A DNA stretch of 64,000 nt from Candidatus Bathyarchaeota archaeon (GCA_963826715.1 CAWGYA010000008.1:896001-960000); one strand, 5' to 3'. Counted from the stretch's first letter, positions 50,581-61,651 are shown. Notes: generated by a model from the letters alone, not told the origin. Translations and numbers: made by a program.

Positions 50581-51360
50581 GTGGTACTTCAAAAGTTAAA
50601 GAACCTGCTATCTTTCCTAACAGTTTTCCCAGTCACCATGGACGAGAACCTACTGACTGACTGCGCACGCAATATGTGGGCTTTCCCACTTGTTGGAGCA
50701 TTTTTAGGTTTACTGGCAGGCTTGTTTGGCTGGGTCACAATTCAGTTTTTGCCAAGTATTGTGGTCGGCGGCTTAGTTCTGGGGCTGCTACTTTTGATGA
50801 CTGGCCTACATCATACGGATGGGTTGCTTGATTTTGGAGACGGTATTATGGTGCATGGTACCCCGGCAAAAAAGATAGAAGTCATGCATGATCAACTTAC
50901 AGGTGCAGGAGCAATCGGTTTAGGCCTAATTACTTATCTAACCACAGCTTTTGCTTTTGCCTCGCTAAGTAATAATGTAATTTATTATGGTTTTAGCATG
51001 CCATTGATTTTTCCCGCCGTGTTAGTTGTTGAGATGTCTGCAAAATTGTCAATGGTAGTGGCGGCGTGGGCAGGAAAATCCGTTCATGAAGGGATGAACT
51101 CAGCATTCCTTCAAGTCATGCACGGTAGAGGTGGTAACTGGCGGCTTTTCGCAGCACTTGTGATCTCTTTTGGAATCGCAGTTCTATTGCTTGGATGGGC
51201 GGGTATATTCACTGTTTTGGTCTCTGTAATCACGGGTTTAGTTATGGTTGCTATTGCACATAGAAACTTTGGTGGAGTCACCGGCGATGTTTTCGGAGCC
51301 ACAAACGAATTGTCGCGGATGGTCGCCATAATTATGCTTTTGGCGGTGGCACTATGGTAG
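50581..51360 (+). CDS. cobS: Cobamide synthase (copy 2)
   Basis: LSFLTVFP, TGLHHTDGLLDFGDG, MHD..TGAG, FGGVTGDVFGATNE. Confidence 0.92.
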   Translation: MVLQKLKNLLSFLTVFPVTMDENLLTDCARNMWAFPLVGAFLGLLAGLFGWVTIQFLPSIVVGGLVLGLLLLMTGLHHTDGLLDFGDGIMVHGTPAKKIEVMHDQLTGAGAIGLGLITYLTTAFAFASLSNNVIYYGFSMPLIFPAVLVVEMSAKLSMVVAAWAGKSVHEGMNSAFLQVMHGRGGNWRLFAALVISFGIAVLLLGWAGIFTVLVSVITGLVMVAIAHRNFGGVTGDVFGATNELSRMVAIIMLLAVALW

Positions 51361-51968
51361 TTGCGCTGGTTATGGCAGGTGGCAGAGGGACACGGATGAA
51401 GTTGCCCATGGAGAAACCGCTCATACCTGTCTGTGGAAAACCTGTAATTGAATATGTGCTCGCCGCGTTGAGCACTTCCCAAAAAATTGACGACATAATC
51501 GTTGCCACAACTATATCCACACCAAAAACCACCACGCTCATGAAGCAGCTTGGTGTAAAAGTAATAGAAACGCCAGGTATAGATTATGTTTCAGATATGG
51601 GTTTCACGGTTCAGACGCAAAAACTAGGCGTTTTCTTGGCGATAGCTGCTGATTTACCTTTGGTGAAGCCTGAAATGATTGATGCTGTTTTGGAACGTTA
51701 TGAGCGCTGTGGCAAACCCGCTTTGACAGTTGCTGTGCCGTTGGAAACCAAGTCTAAATTGGGCATGTGCATCGAGTACAGTTTTAAAGCTGACGATAAA
51801 GAAGTGGTGCCCGTGGGAATAAACGTTATCGACGGAAGTAAACGCTATGGCGATGAATGGCTTGACCAAGACATATACCTCATGCACGATGAGGAACTAG
51901 CGGTTAACATCAACACGGTCGCGGAGCTTAAGTTAGCTGAAAAGATGATGTCAAAATCAAGCTGCTAA
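51354..51968 (+). CDS. cobY: GTP:adenosylcobinamide-phosphate guanylyltransferase (copy 2)
   Basis: ALVMAGGRGTRM..EKP, ETPG.DYVSD, ADLP, VGINV, NINT. Confidence 0.88.
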   Translation: MVVALVMAGGRGTRMKLPMEKPLIPVCGKPVIEYVLAALSTSQKIDDIIVATTISTPKTTTLMKQLGVKVIETPGIDYVSDMGFTVQTQKLGVFLAIAADLPLVKPEMIDAVLERYERCGKPALTVAVPLETKSKLGMCIEYSFKADDKEVVPVGINVIDGSKRYGDEWLDQDIYLMHDEELAVNINTVAELKLAEKMMSKSSC

Positions 51969-52077
51969 TGGCTTGGAAAATGTCACTATTGTCTTCTTAT
52001 ATCCGGGTTTTGCCTATACCTCAATTGTTCTGAATAAATATGATAAGATAGAAAATATGATGCCCACGATAGAGCGT

Positions 52078-52959
52078 TTAATACTCGTTTTTAATTGCTT
52101 TACTCTCTGCAACCTCTCTGAGTGTCTCCTTCATTCTTCGAGCATCCACGTCTAGAAAAGGCGACTCGCAAATCATAATTGGGTGCATGCCGAAATCAAG
52201 AATCACCTCCGCCAGCAAACGAAACTCTGGACCGAATTCTGGTTCATCGAGGGTGTGATGTTTTTTTTCTCCCTGTAAGGTGTACTCGATTTTTGAGAAG
52301 TGGCAGTGCATGTTCCGAAGTATTTCGGTGCCGAGTTCCCGCTCGACTTTCTCGGCGATAGCTTGCATATCCTCTTTCTTCTTGAATGCCCCCTGATGTA
52401 GCGCATGCAGATGCCCCCAGTCGATAACAAGTTGGGTGTCTTCGACTTGTTTGTTGATAGTTATAATTTCGTCTATGGTGCCGATTTGGAATTTTCTACC
52501 CATGGTTTCAGGTCCAAGCTTGACTTTAAGCCCACGCGCTTTCATTTCCTCACTTACTTCCTTGAGCGCCTCTATACAGGTTTTCAAGGCGTAATCTTTC
52601 TCGAATTTTCCATAGAAGCCCGTATGGAACACCATCACGTAGGCCCCCATCCAGTCGGCGGCGGTAGCGCAGGCTAAGAGCCGCTGTTTGCTGGCTTCTA
52701 CTACCTCGTGTTTGCCTGACAGGTTTACGAAGTAGCTACCATGCATGCTGAGGCGTACATCGTTTTTCTTTGCTTCTTCGCCAAGTTTAACCGCATCCGC
52801 CTGTTTAATCTGAGGTTTAGCTCCCCACCTTACGGCCTGATACTCAAATGCATCTAGTCCTTCCTCATGGAGCAGCCTTGGGGTGTCAAGTGTGGTTGCG
52901 CCTAACAAACGAAACATCGGCGGAACGCCAGCCGGTCCAAAACGAGTACGCTTAGACAT
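52078..52959 (-). CDS. nfo: Endonuclease IV (AP endonuclease family 2)
   Basis: RFGPAG, HGSYFVNL, FHTGFY, PETMG, DWGH, HCHFS..EKKH, ICESP. Confidence 0.88.
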   Translation of the reverse strand: MSKRTRFGPAGVPPMFRLLGATTLDTPRLLHEEGLDAFEYQAVRWGAKPQIKQADAVKLGEEAKKNDVRLSMHGSYFVNLSGKHEVVEASKQRLLACATAADWMGAYVMVFHTGFYGKFEKDYALKTCIEALKEVSEEMKARGLKVKLGPETMGRKFQIGTIDEIITINKQVEDTQLVIDWGHLHALHQGAFKKKEDMQAIAEKVERELGTEILRNMHCHFSKIEYTLQGEKKHHTLDEPEFGPEFRLLAEVILDFGMHPIMICESPFLDVDARRMKETLREVAESKAIKNEY

Positions 52960-53005
52960 TAAATCCCTTGTTTTAGGTTGCTTTGTTTACGATTAAGGCT
53001 TTCTC

Positions 53006-53788
53006 TTAAAGTAAGCTAACTATTGTTGGAACATGCACGAAGAGGTATGTGTAGATTACCGTTGTTAAAATCATCCCAGCTATCACCAGTAGTGCATAGT
53101 CACCCCTATGGAGTCGCAGCGCATAGAGGTTGGTGCGTTTTTTGCTTGCCCCCCATGCCCGAGACTCCATCGCCTCTGCCAATTCGAGGCTTCTGCGAAT
53201 AGCACTCACAATCAAAGGAATGAGGACCGGTATGTAGTTGCGAATGCGCTTAAGCAAGCTGCCCTTCTCAAGTTCCAATCCTCGGGCCTTCTGGGCGTCC
53301 ATAATCGTTTGGGCTTCCTCCGCCAAAACCGGCACAAACCGGACAGCCGTGGTGAAGGCGAACGCGAATTCGTAGGGCACCCTTGACTGTTCTAATGCCA
53401 GCCCAAGATGATCCGGGGAAGTTGTGAGGAAGAAGACACTGAAGGATTCTACCAGTACCACAAAGCGTAGCGTCATACCCGCAGCAAATTCAATGTCTGC
53501 CGGTGGTAACGTGTAGCCTTTGGTGAAGAATGTGGTTAGCAAATTGATGCCGAATATGAAAGCAGCTAGAAACGCGGCACCTCTAAGCGACCGCAGCCAC
53601 TGTCGCTGTACGCGCGCCAATAAAACAAATGGCAGCTGAATAATGAAGAGAATTACTAATGGAATAACATGGTTGAACATTATGGCGGCGATGAAGATGA
53701 TGATGACATAGATGAATTTTATGCGGGGGTCAAGGTTGTGTATGGGTGAGGAGACTTTACGGAATTTTAAGCCGTCAAAAACACTCAT
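53006..53788 (-). CDS. ecfT: ECF transporter T component
   Basis: LDPRIK, AQKARG, AMESRAW. Confidence 0.92.
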   Translation of the reverse strand: MSVFDGLKFRKVSSPIHNLDPRIKFIYVIIIFIAAIMFNHVIPLVILFIIQLPFVLLARVQRQWLRSLRGAAFLAAFIFGINLLTTFFTKGYTLPPADIEFAAGMTLRFVVLVESFSVFFLTTSPDHLGLALEQSRVPYEFAFAFTTAVRFVPVLAEEAQTIMDAQKARGLELEKGSLLKRIRNYIPVLIPLIVSAIRRSLELAEAMESRAWGASKKRTNLYALRLHRGDYALLVIAGMILTTVIYTYLFVHVPTIVSLL

Positions 53789-54609
53789 TTGCCCCGTCTC
53801 TCCATGGCTTTAAGCAACAATGCTTTTGCTTCATAAATATCGATGACGTCTTTAGGCAACCCCAAAGATGAAAGCAGCGTGAAAACCTGTGCTATCTGAG
53901 GAAGCACAATCGAGGATAACTCTAGCATATTAGGATCGGTTAAGATTTTGCAGCCCAACCCGTCCGCTACAATTTTGCCCTCCTTCATAAGCACAACGCG
54001 GGGATTGCATTCCGCCACAAACTCCACATCATGCGTCACGGTGACAACGGTTTTACCTTGGGTTTGCATCTGAATAATGAACTGTCGGAGTTTCTCTTTC
54101 TGTTCATGATCTTGTCCAATAGTGGGCTCATCTAAAATCAGCGTATTGGGGTCCCACGCCAATACCGATGCCAAAGCCACTCGTTTGCGTTCGCCACCGC
54201 TGAGCAGAAACGGTGAAGTCTTCCGGTACTGGCTTAGTGAGAGTAGATTCAGCGCCCACGTTACCCGCTCCTCGATAATTTTGGATTCGAAACCAAAATT
54301 TTTTAGAGCGAACGAGATTTCTTCCTCTACAGTTTCGCTGAAGAGTTGGTGGTCAGGGTTCTGGAAAACAAAGCCTACGTTGCGCGCTAAGGTTGCAACG
54401 CTGGATTTGGTGGTTTCCACTCCATTAATTTTAACCTTACCCTGTGACGGCTTAAGTAATCCATTGAAATGCTTGACGAAGGTAGATTTGCCTGCGCCAT
54501 TCTCCCCCATTATAGCAACGAATTCCCCGTCTTTAATTTTGAGTGAGACACCTTTTAGGGCTTCGATTTTGTTCGGGTAGCTGTAATGGATGTTTTCAGC
54601 TTCAATCAT
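53785..54609 (-). CDS. ecfA2: ECF transporter ATPase
   Basis: GENGAGKST, FQNPDHQLF, LSGGE, DEPT. Confidence 0.92.
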   Translation of the reverse strand: MIEAENIHYSYPNKIEALKGVSLKIKDGEFVAIMGENGAGKSTFVKHFNGLLKPSQGKVKINGVETTKSSVATLARNVGFVFQNPDHQLFSETVEEEISFALKNFGFESKIIEERVTWALNLLSLSQYRKTSPFLLSGGERKRVALASVLAWDPNTLILDEPTIGQDHEQKEKLRQFIIQMQTQGKTVVTVTHDVEFVAECNPRVVLMKEGKIVADGLGCKILTDPNMLELSSIVLPQIAQVFTLLSSLGLPKDVIDIYEAKALLLKAMERRGK

Positions 54610-55475
54610 TTGAGGGTTAGCGCCTCCAATAGTTGATCAGCCAATTCCTCGCTAGATAGAGGTGTTCGCTCACCGAGGTTCCAACCCTCCTTTTTGAGCA
54701 TCTGAAAGAGTAGGGTAGGTTTGGGGATACCAACTCCAATTAATCTTGTTTCTTCATTGTTCAATATTTGCCTTGGGTCGCCTTCAAAACGCACCATACC
54801 CTGATCCATGACAATGAGGTGATTGGTGTACTTCGCCGTCAAGTCAAGTCGATGCTCCACCAAAATCACAGTTATACCATGTTCTTTGTTGAGTTTGTGG
54901 ATGACTTCAAAAATCCTTTCGGCGCTAAGTGGATCCAGAAAAGAGGTAGGTTCATCAAGTACTATGATTTCGGGTTCCATTGCCAACACCGCTGCAATCG
55001 CTACGCGTTGCTGTTGCCCTCCGCTGATTTCATGAGGTGAACGCTCACGAATGTCGTAAATGCCTGTTTGCTTTAGTGCCCAATCAACTTTCTTACGCAT
55101 CTCAGCTCTGGGGGTGCTGACGTTTTCTAAACCAAATGCCACATCCTTCTCAATGGAGAGCGCGAAAAGCTGATTTTCAGGGTTCTGGAACACAAGCCCG
55201 ACATGCTTTGCCATCTCGTAGGTGTGGTTGTCGAGGGTGTTTATGCCCGCAACTTTGATTTCACCTTTGATTTCACCCTGGTAAAAATGTGGTACCAATC
55301 CGTTGAATGTTCGGCACAAAGTGGTTTTTCCACAGCCGCTTGGACCAGTGATGAGCACAAACTCCCCCTTCTCTACCTTAATGGACACATTAGAAATTGA
55401 TGGTTTGGATGCGCCAGGGTAGGTGTAAGTGAGGTTTTTGGTTTCAATTATAGCCATGATTTTGAGCCCACTCAC
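54606..55475 (-). CDS. ecfA1: ECF transporter ATPase
   Basis: GPSGCGKTT, FQNPENQ, ISGGQQQR, DEPTSFLDP. Confidence 0.92.
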   Translation of the reverse strand: MSGLKIMAIIETKNLTYTYPGASKPSISNVSIKVEKGEFVLITGPSGCGKTTLCRTFNGLVPHFYQGEIKGEIKVAGINTLDNHTYEMAKHVGLVFQNPENQLFALSIEKDVAFGLENVSTPRAEMRKKVDWALKQTGIYDIRERSPHEISGGQQQRVAIAAVLAMEPEIIVLDEPTSFLDPLSAERIFEVIHKLNKEHGITVILVEHRLDLTAKYTNHLIVMDQGMVRFEGDPRQILNNEETRLIGVGIPKPTLLFQMLKKEGWNLGERTPLSSEELADQLLEALTLK

Positions 55476-55508
55476 CTTAAGCGTTACGGTTTGCTCATTT
55501 AAGCGTAG

Positions 55509-56504
55509 CTACTCAGTTTTGATTATTTTCTGTCTCAAAAGTTTAAGGCACATTTTGAGTGCATCTTGTATTTCGCCTTTGCCGCTTACCCCTGCTGCCA
55601 TCGCATGACCGCCCCCGACTCCTTGTAGATACTCTCCAAGTGGGGTAGCGACATCCACACCGAGGTGTACACCCGTTCCCTCATTAAACTGCCTTATGCT
55701 TCGCAAACTAATCTCAACCTTCCCGTTTTTCTTACCTGCCACTGCCGACATATGTGCCCCCAAATCCACTAACGCTTTAGCTGCAGGCGCCTGATAAGCA
55801 CTAACGTGAGACAGTGCAATTATCCAACCTTCCAGTTTCATAATTTTTGCACGTTTGCACGCTTTAAGCTTGGCTACACGCTCTGATAGGTCAATAGGTA
55901 AAGCGAACTGGGCGAGCGTTTGCTGCGCATCGATGCCTTCCACAACCAGCTTAGCTATGATCTCAAAAGTGGGAGAGTTCGCTAAAGCGAAATGTCGCGT
56001 ATCAAAAGCGATGCCTACGAAGAGTGCTTTGGCTTCGTTGAGGGTGGGTTTTACGTCGGCCTCCGCAAATAGGCGATAGATAAGTTCGCAGTTCGCCGCC
56101 GCTTTTTCATCGACGAGGCAAAACTCGCAGATTTGCATTGTTTCACGATTTGGGGCATGATGGTCAATTATGAATTTTGGGGCAGGAGACCTCTTTATGA
56201 CATCGGCTACTTCATCTAGCTGTTCGATAGTGTTCATGTCAAGAAGAATGATGACTTCGGCGGATTCTATGTTTGGTTTGAGGTTCACGGCTATTGGCAT
56301 GTTCTCCAAGAGAGCCTTCGAGGGTTTGTTGATCCCCTGCGGGCAACCAATCTCAACAACAATGTTAGGTAGAAACCGCTTAAGCAGCCCCTGCAAACCA
56401 TACGCTGAGCAAATTGCATCTGCGTCAGCACTGCGATGACAAAGCAAAAGTACAAAACCTGCCTGCCGCTGCTCAATATTCTGGATTAATTCTTTAAAGC
56501 TCAT
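55509..56504 (-). CDS. DHH/DHHA1 phosphoesterase
   Basis: H..ADADA, IIDHH, DT..F, GGGH..AAG. Confidence 0.9.
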   Translation of the reverse strand: MSFKELIQNIEQRQAGFVLLLCHRSADADAICSAYGLQGLLKRFLPNIVVEIGCPQGINKPSKALLENMPIAVNLKPNIESAEVIILLDMNTIEQLDEVADVIKRSPAPKFIIDHHAPNRETMQICEFCLVDEKAAANCELIYRLFAEADVKPTLNEAKALFVGIAFDTRHFALANSPTFEIIAKLVVEGIDAQQTLAQFALPIDLSERVAKLKACKRAKIMKLEGWIIALSHVSAYQAPAAKALVDLGAHMSAVAGKKNGKVEISLRSIRQFNEGTGVHLGVDVATPLGEYLQGVGGGHAMAAGVSGKGEIQDALKMCLKLLRQKIIKTE

Positions 56505-56791
56505 TTTATCTTTCTCAAAAAACTTTCAATTGCACGGTGAGCAGCATCCACAGCTTCCTTAACCAATATTTCCACTTTAACATCGTTTTCTGCTTTTGTG
56601 AGCTGAAGATTGATTTCAACGGTGACATTAACGGGTTTGGCACCATCGGCTTCAATGCTGATGTCTAATTGCTCGATGTTTTTGTTTGAGACCTTCGACA
56701 GTATGTATTTTTGAGCTTCAGCTTCAGCAGTTTGACATAAAAGTTCGATTTGCTCGGTGGTTAGCTCAGGAAAACCCAGCTCAACCATCAA
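56501..56791 (-). CDS. DUF3194 family protein
   Basis: GFPELT.EQIE..C..AE; archaeal position after prefoldin beta. Confidence 0.7.
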   Translation of the reverse strand: MMVELGFPELTTEQIELLCQTAEAEAQKYILSKVSNKNIEQLDISIEADGAKPVNVTVEINLQLTKAENDVKVEILVKEAVDAAHRAIESFLRKIK

Positions 56792-56805
56792 GCATACACT
56801 CTATT

Positions 56806-57198
56806 TTAAGAAAGGGATTGACCTGAAACTGGGCTGAGGTCTTCCTGAAGTTTAGTTTGAGCTTCCTTTACTTGACTTCGTATGCGTTCTTCTTGGCGTG
56901 CAATAACTGTGCTGCGAGTGCCCAAAAGCTCTTTACGCTCAGTCAAATCCTCAGAAACCTTGACCTTATCAGCTTTTACAAGAAGTGAGCCCACTGCTTT
57001 GTAGATAACTGCGTCAGAGGTAGTTTTTTCGAGTTCAGCTAAGGTTTGCTCTACTTCATTTTTCTCCATTTCAACCTGCTGTTTTTGTGCTAGAATTGAC
57101 TGCAGGGTTTGCTGTAGCTGCTGGAGTCTTAGAAGCCTTTCTTGAACGTTAGGCGGTAACTTGGATATATCATCACTCAATTTTATTCCTTCCAGCAC
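56806..57198 (-). CDS. pfdB: Prefoldin subunit beta (start likely TTG ~57180)
   Basis: LPPNVQ..L..LQQLQQ, IYKAVGSLLVK coiled coils. Confidence 0.92.
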   Translation of the reverse strand: MLEGIKLSDDISKLPPNVQERLLRLQQLQQTLQSILAQKQQVEMEKNEVEQTLAELEKTTSDAVIYKAVGSLLVKADKVKVSEDLTERKELLGTRSTVIARQEERIRSQVKEAQTKLQEDLSPVSGQSLS

Positions 57199-57607
57199 AG
57201 AAATGAGATGCTCCCTATATTAAGTATTTCCGACTCCTGCATCTTATAAAGCAAGAAATAAACCCGATGAATCTCATAAGTAGACATCTTCATACTTGAA
57301 TTTGGTTTAGATGTAAACTGGTTTCTCAAAATTATTAACAAATTAACGAAATTTTAAGCAAGCTTCTCCATGATCTTATACGTCAAGATTTCTCATCCGG
57401 GAAAACTCTAAATGACGTCGTTTGTGTTTGCTATAATTCACTCATATTTTTGGATCAAAACCAGTCCTTTAAGGTAGGCTTAACTCGATTGATCTTTATA
57501 CTTGACATCTCAGGCAAAAAATGTCCTTTCACCAGGGAGGTTACCTAAAACTCTCCTTCTCTTAATTTTTATATCTGATTCGGTTTTGCCCAAATTAAAC
57601 GTTTTTT

Positions 57608-58075
57608 TTGAAAGCAAGTATACTGAAAAACTACTTGTTCTTGTATGAAGTCTTTTTAAGTAGTTGCCGCATAACCAAAAGCCAGAGGGAGAAGCATTTG
57701 GAACGTGCTAATATCGTCAAAGAGGAAATTCAGCAGCAGGACACACGCTTTCTTGCTGTTTATGTGGAGTCCAAAAACAGCGTTATGATTATGCTAAGCG
57801 AAAAGGAAGACAAACTAGGCACTTTAGCAATCGCTGTTCCCAAACCTAGGGATACTATGGGTCAAGTTACCTCTTCAGTGTTGCTGGGCGATAAAAATAT
57901 TATTTCTGCTCGTATGTTCTCAGAGTACGTGGCAACAAAAAAAGGCAAAATAGCTATTGTCTCTGTTTACCTTGATCGTATCAACGAAATTCAATCACAG
58001 GAGTTCTTCATGCACTTAATAGATAAGGTGCTAAAGGGCGACAGCAATAGTCAAAAAGAATCTACACCAATCTAA
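57608..58075 (+). CDS. Conserved hypothetical protein (start likely TTG ~57698)
   Basis: Open frame with KLGTLAIAVP...SSVLLG; alpha/beta pattern. Confidence 0.6.
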   Translation: MKASILKNYLFLYEVFLSSCRITKSQREKHLERANIVKEEIQQQDTRFLAVYVESKNSVMIMLSEKEDKLGTLAIAVPKPRDTMGQVTSSVLLGDKNIISARMFSEYVATKKGKIAIVSVYLDRINEIQSQEFFMHLIDKVLKGDSNSQKESTPI

Positions 58076-58515
58076 TTTTTATTCTTGAAACCCTCAAATA
58101 CGCTTCTCAGATTATAACTGCTAACTTCAAAGCGATTTTCTCCATTTTATATGATGTTGCCCAATCGTATTGACCAGAAATCTCCAATTGTCTGCTGGAA
58201 AGAAACCTACAATTCAAGAGCTCCAGGGGAATAAACTCAGCGGTTGAGTTCTATGACTATGCGAATAAGTCTTTTTAGTAGCGGTTATGACATACAAAAC
58301 CTAGGAAACGTTACTCTTTCCGTATTTCTGCAACATCAAATATCAATGTAGAGGTAAAGGTGAAAAAAAATTTGCTTCCCGTAATATTTAGCGAAAACAC
58401 CCGGGAACAAGAGACATGAGGAAATCAAATTCTACCAAAAACACCTTTTATTAATAGGGAAGAAACAAATATCGGTAAATACATCTCAGTGGTTGCTAAA
58501 AAGTAGGCGTTCCAA

Positions 58516-59571
58516 CTGCATACCCTCCTCCTAAAAGTTGATTCAGAAAATCCTGAGTCAAATATTATCGAAAAGGCAGCAGAAATAATTAGGAATGGTG
58601 GGTTAGTTGCGTTTCCTACTGAGACTGTTTACGGTTTGGGCGCAAATGCGCTTGAAGGAGACGCCGTTTTACGACTCTTTGACGCGAAGCGACGTCCTTT
58701 GGATAATCCTCCTATTGTTCATATAGCCCATGTCGTTGATGTTTTACCGTTGGTTCTGGAGGTGCCCAAAAAGGCTGAATTGCTTATGCGTCGGTTTTGG
58801 CCAGGTCCACTGACACTTGTGTTTAAGCATTCTGCACAGGTGCCAGATGTAACCGTTGCGGGCTTAGACACAATAGCAGTTCGTATGCCTAAACATCCAG
58901 TCACGCTTGCCTTGATTAAAGAAAGTGGGTGTCCAATCGCCGCGCCCAGCGCGAATCTTGCAGGTAAACCAAGTCCAACAACTGCGACTCACGTTTTTGA
59001 GGATCTTAACGGTCGTATAGACGCCATCATAGACGGTGGAAATACCGAAATTGGGGTAGAATCCACAGTTGTAGACCTCAGCTCTGACCCACCAATGTTG
59101 TTACGCCCTGGCGGGACATCCTTCGAAGCTTTACGGAAGGTGCTCCCTGAGTTGCAGCTGCATCCGTTCGTTGAGGCGGAAGCAGAGTTGCCGCTGGAAA
59201 AAAACCGTTCACCAGGCATGAAACATAAGCATTATGCTCCGAAAGCCCAAGTGGTTTTGGTGGGGGGTAATTTGGAGGCGATGGTTAAAAAAATTACGGA
59301 ATTATCCGAATCGTACAGATGTAAAGGCACCAAAGTAGGCGTTCTCGCTACCGACGAAACCCTGTCTTCACATAAAGCCGACATTGTTAAGTCAATGGGC
59401 AGCAGACATAACCTCGCATCAGTAGCGCAGAACCTGTTTCGTTTACTGCGTGAAATTGATGTAGCGGGCGTTGATATTATCATCGCTGAAAGTGTGCCTT
59501 TAGATGGTTTAGGTTTAGCGATAGTGAATCGACTTCGCAAAGCCTCGGGCTACAATATAATTAAAGCTTAG
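58516..59571 (+). CDS. sua5: Threonylcarbamoyl-AMP synthase Sua5 (probable CTG start at 58516)
   Basis: In-frame upstream GGLVAFPTETVYGLGANA; NP..VH, PGPLT, APSAN, PGMK..HYAP, NRL.KA. Confidence 0.92.
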   Translation: MHTLLLKVDSENPESNIIEKAAEIIRNGGLVAFPTETVYGLGANALEGDAVLRLFDAKRRPLDNPPIVHIAHVVDVLPLVLEVPKKAELLMRRFWPGPLTLVFKHSAQVPDVTVAGLDTIAVRMPKHPVTLALIKESGCPIAAPSANLAGKPSPTTATHVFEDLNGRIDAIIDGGNTEIGVESTVVDLSSDPPMLLRPGGTSFEALRKVLPELQLHPFVEAEAELPLEKNRSPGMKHKHYAPKAQVVLVGGNLEAMVKKITELSESYRCKGTKVGVLATDETLSSHKADIVKSMGSRHNLASVAQNLFRLLREIDVAGVDIIIAESVPLDGLGLAIVNRLRKASGYNIIKA

Positions 59572-59851
59572 TTTACTTCCGAGAGAAGTCAGAATTCTCT
59601 CATTCATTAATTAGCTATCATCAAAGTTTCAGCTGCACGAAATAATGCTTTTGGCATCAGAAAAGACGCCCAATAGACAATCTCAGCACCATTGAATAAG
59701 ACTAGAAAGATAGAAGTTTGAAATCAAGGCAAGTTCTTTTTTCCATTGAATGTGTTGGTCTAAGTATGTTTTTATTGTAAAGATGCTTAGAAAAATTTAT
59801 ATTCGAAGTCTTGATTGTTCAATTCCAGTTTATACTTAAAAATCTGGAATA

Positions 59852-61537
59852 TTGGTGAAAATTATGTCTCAAGGTGGAGGAAACATCCCCGTTCTAGTAC
59901 TAAAAGAAGGTACAGGTAGAAGTACTGGCCGCGAAGCTCTAAAAAACAACATCATGGCTGCGAAAATCGTTGCTGAATCCGTGAAATCAACGCTTGGTCC
60001 ATGTGGTATGGATAAGATGCTGGTCAATAGCATGGGTGACGTTGCTATAACCAACGACGGTGCAACCATCATGAAAGAACTTGATGTACAGCATCCAGCA
60101 GCAAAGATGCTAGTGGAAGTTGCTAAGGCACAGGATAATGAAGTCGGCGATGGAACGACAACTGCAGTTATTTTGGCAGGTGAACTTCTGGCAAAAGCCG
60201 AAGGGTTACTTGACAAAAACGTTCACCCGACCGTTATAATAGAAGGCTACAAGAAAGCAAGTGAAGAAGCCCAGAAAATCTTGCAGACAATCGCTTTGCC
60301 AGTTGCATTCGAAGATGACAAAGCCCTACAGGAAGTCGCAATGACCTCTATCTCAAGCAAAAGCATCAATGTAGCCGAAGATCACTTTGCAAAAATTATA
60401 GTGGATTCCGTAAAGCAGGTTTCTGAGAAAGTTGAAGGGAAATACATCGCAGACATTGACTTAATTAAAATCGTTAAAAAACATGGTCAAAGCCTTGATG
60501 AAACTGAACTGGTCAAAGGCATGGTTATCGACAAAGAAGTCGCTAGCTCCGGCATGCCAAAACTCGTTGATGGAGCAAAAATCGCGCTTCTCAATGCCAA
60601 ACTGGAAATCGAGAAAACCGAGTTCGACGCCAAAATTAACATCGAAAGTCCAGACCAGATGAAAATGTTCCTCGACGAAGAAGAACGTATGCTAAAAGAT
60701 ATGGTTACCTCAATTACCAAGTCAGGTGCTAACGTGGTCTTCTGCGAAAAAGGCATCGACGATATGGCACTTCATTTCCTCGGCAAAGCTGGTGTACTCG
60801 CAGTGAAAAGCGTAAGCAGTAGCGATATGGAGAAACTCTCCAAAGCCACAGGTGCCATGATAGTCGCAAGCGTTAAGGAACTTCATGCAGATGCACTGGG
60901 AAAAGCAAAGCGTGTTGAAGAAGTTAAAATTGGTGATGATAAACTCATCTACATACGTGACTGCAAAAACCCGAAAGCAGTAACTATTGTTATCCGTGGC
61001 GCATCAAACCATGTTATCGACGAGGCAGAACGTAGTCTACATGACGGCTTATGTGTCGTTCGCAACGTCATTGAAGATGGCAAAATCGTTGCAGGTGGCG
61101 GCTCGCCTGAAGCTGAACTCTCAAAGAAGCTCCGCGCCTTCGCGGTTAAAGTCGGAGGACGTGAACAACTGGCAGTTGAAGCCTTTGCAGAAGCAGTTGA
61201 AGAGATCCCGCTAACCCTTGCTGAGAATGCTGGTCTTGACCCCATAGACATCATGGTTGCACTCCGCGCCCAGCATGAGAAAGCAGGCAGTACAACCTTC
61301 GGCATAGACGTTAGCACAGGCAAAATCGTTGACATGTGCCCCAAAAAGATCGTTGAACCACTTCGTGTGAAACTGCAAGTTATAAAATCAGCTACAGAAG
61401 CCACCAATATGATTCTGAAAATTGATGACCTGATAAGCATCAAAGGCGGCAGTAAAATGCCTCCAATGCCCCCAGGAGGAATGGGCGGAATGGGAGGTAT
61501 GGGTGGCATGGGCGGTATGGGCGGAATGCCTTACTAA
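59852..61537 (+). CDS. ths: Thermosome (group II chaperonin) subunit
   Basis: [24 protein letters not shown]-terminal GGM repeats. Confidence 0.97.
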   Translation: MVKIMSQGGGNIPVLVLKEGTGRSTGREALKNNIMAAKIVAESVKSTLGPCGMDKMLVNSMGDVAITNDGATIMKELDVQHPAAKMLVEVAKAQDNEVGDGTTTAVILAGELLAKAEGLLDKNVHPTVIIEGYKKASEEAQKILQTIALPVAFEDDKALQEVAMTSISSKSINVAEDHFAKIIVDSVKQVSEKVEGKYIADIDLIKIVKKHGQSLDETELVKGMVIDKEVASSGMPKLVDGAKIALLNAKLEIEKTEFDAKINIESPDQMKMFLDEEERMLKDMVTSITKSGANVVFCEKGIDDMALHFLGKAGVLAVKSVSSSDMEKLSKATGAMIVASVKELHADALGKAKRVEEVKIGDDKLIYIRDCKNPKAVTIVIRGASNHVIDEAERSLHDGLCVVRNVIEDGKIVAGGGSPEAELSKKLRAFAVKVGGREQLAVEAFAEAVEEIPLTLAENAGLDPIDIMVALRAQHEKAGSTTFGIDVSTGKIVDMCPKKIVEPLRVKLQVIKSATEATNMILKIDDLISIKGGSKMPPMPPGGMGGMGGMGGMGGMGGMPY

Positions 61538-61546
61538 GCCACCAAA

Positions 61547-61571
61547 ATTTCTTTTATTTATTTTTGTTTTT
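61547..61571 (+). terminator. Oligo-T terminator after thermosome
   Basis: tttcttttatttatttttgttttt. Confidence 0.5.
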
Positions 61572-61651
61572 AGAATTGGAATTCAACGCTAAGACCTTCT
61601 TTTTTCAAAGTCGTTATAGCCGTAAACTTATATTCTCACATAGCGACAATA

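Noticed and set aside
61470-61532. GGM tandem repeat
   Set aside because: Ordinary chaperonin C-terminal tail
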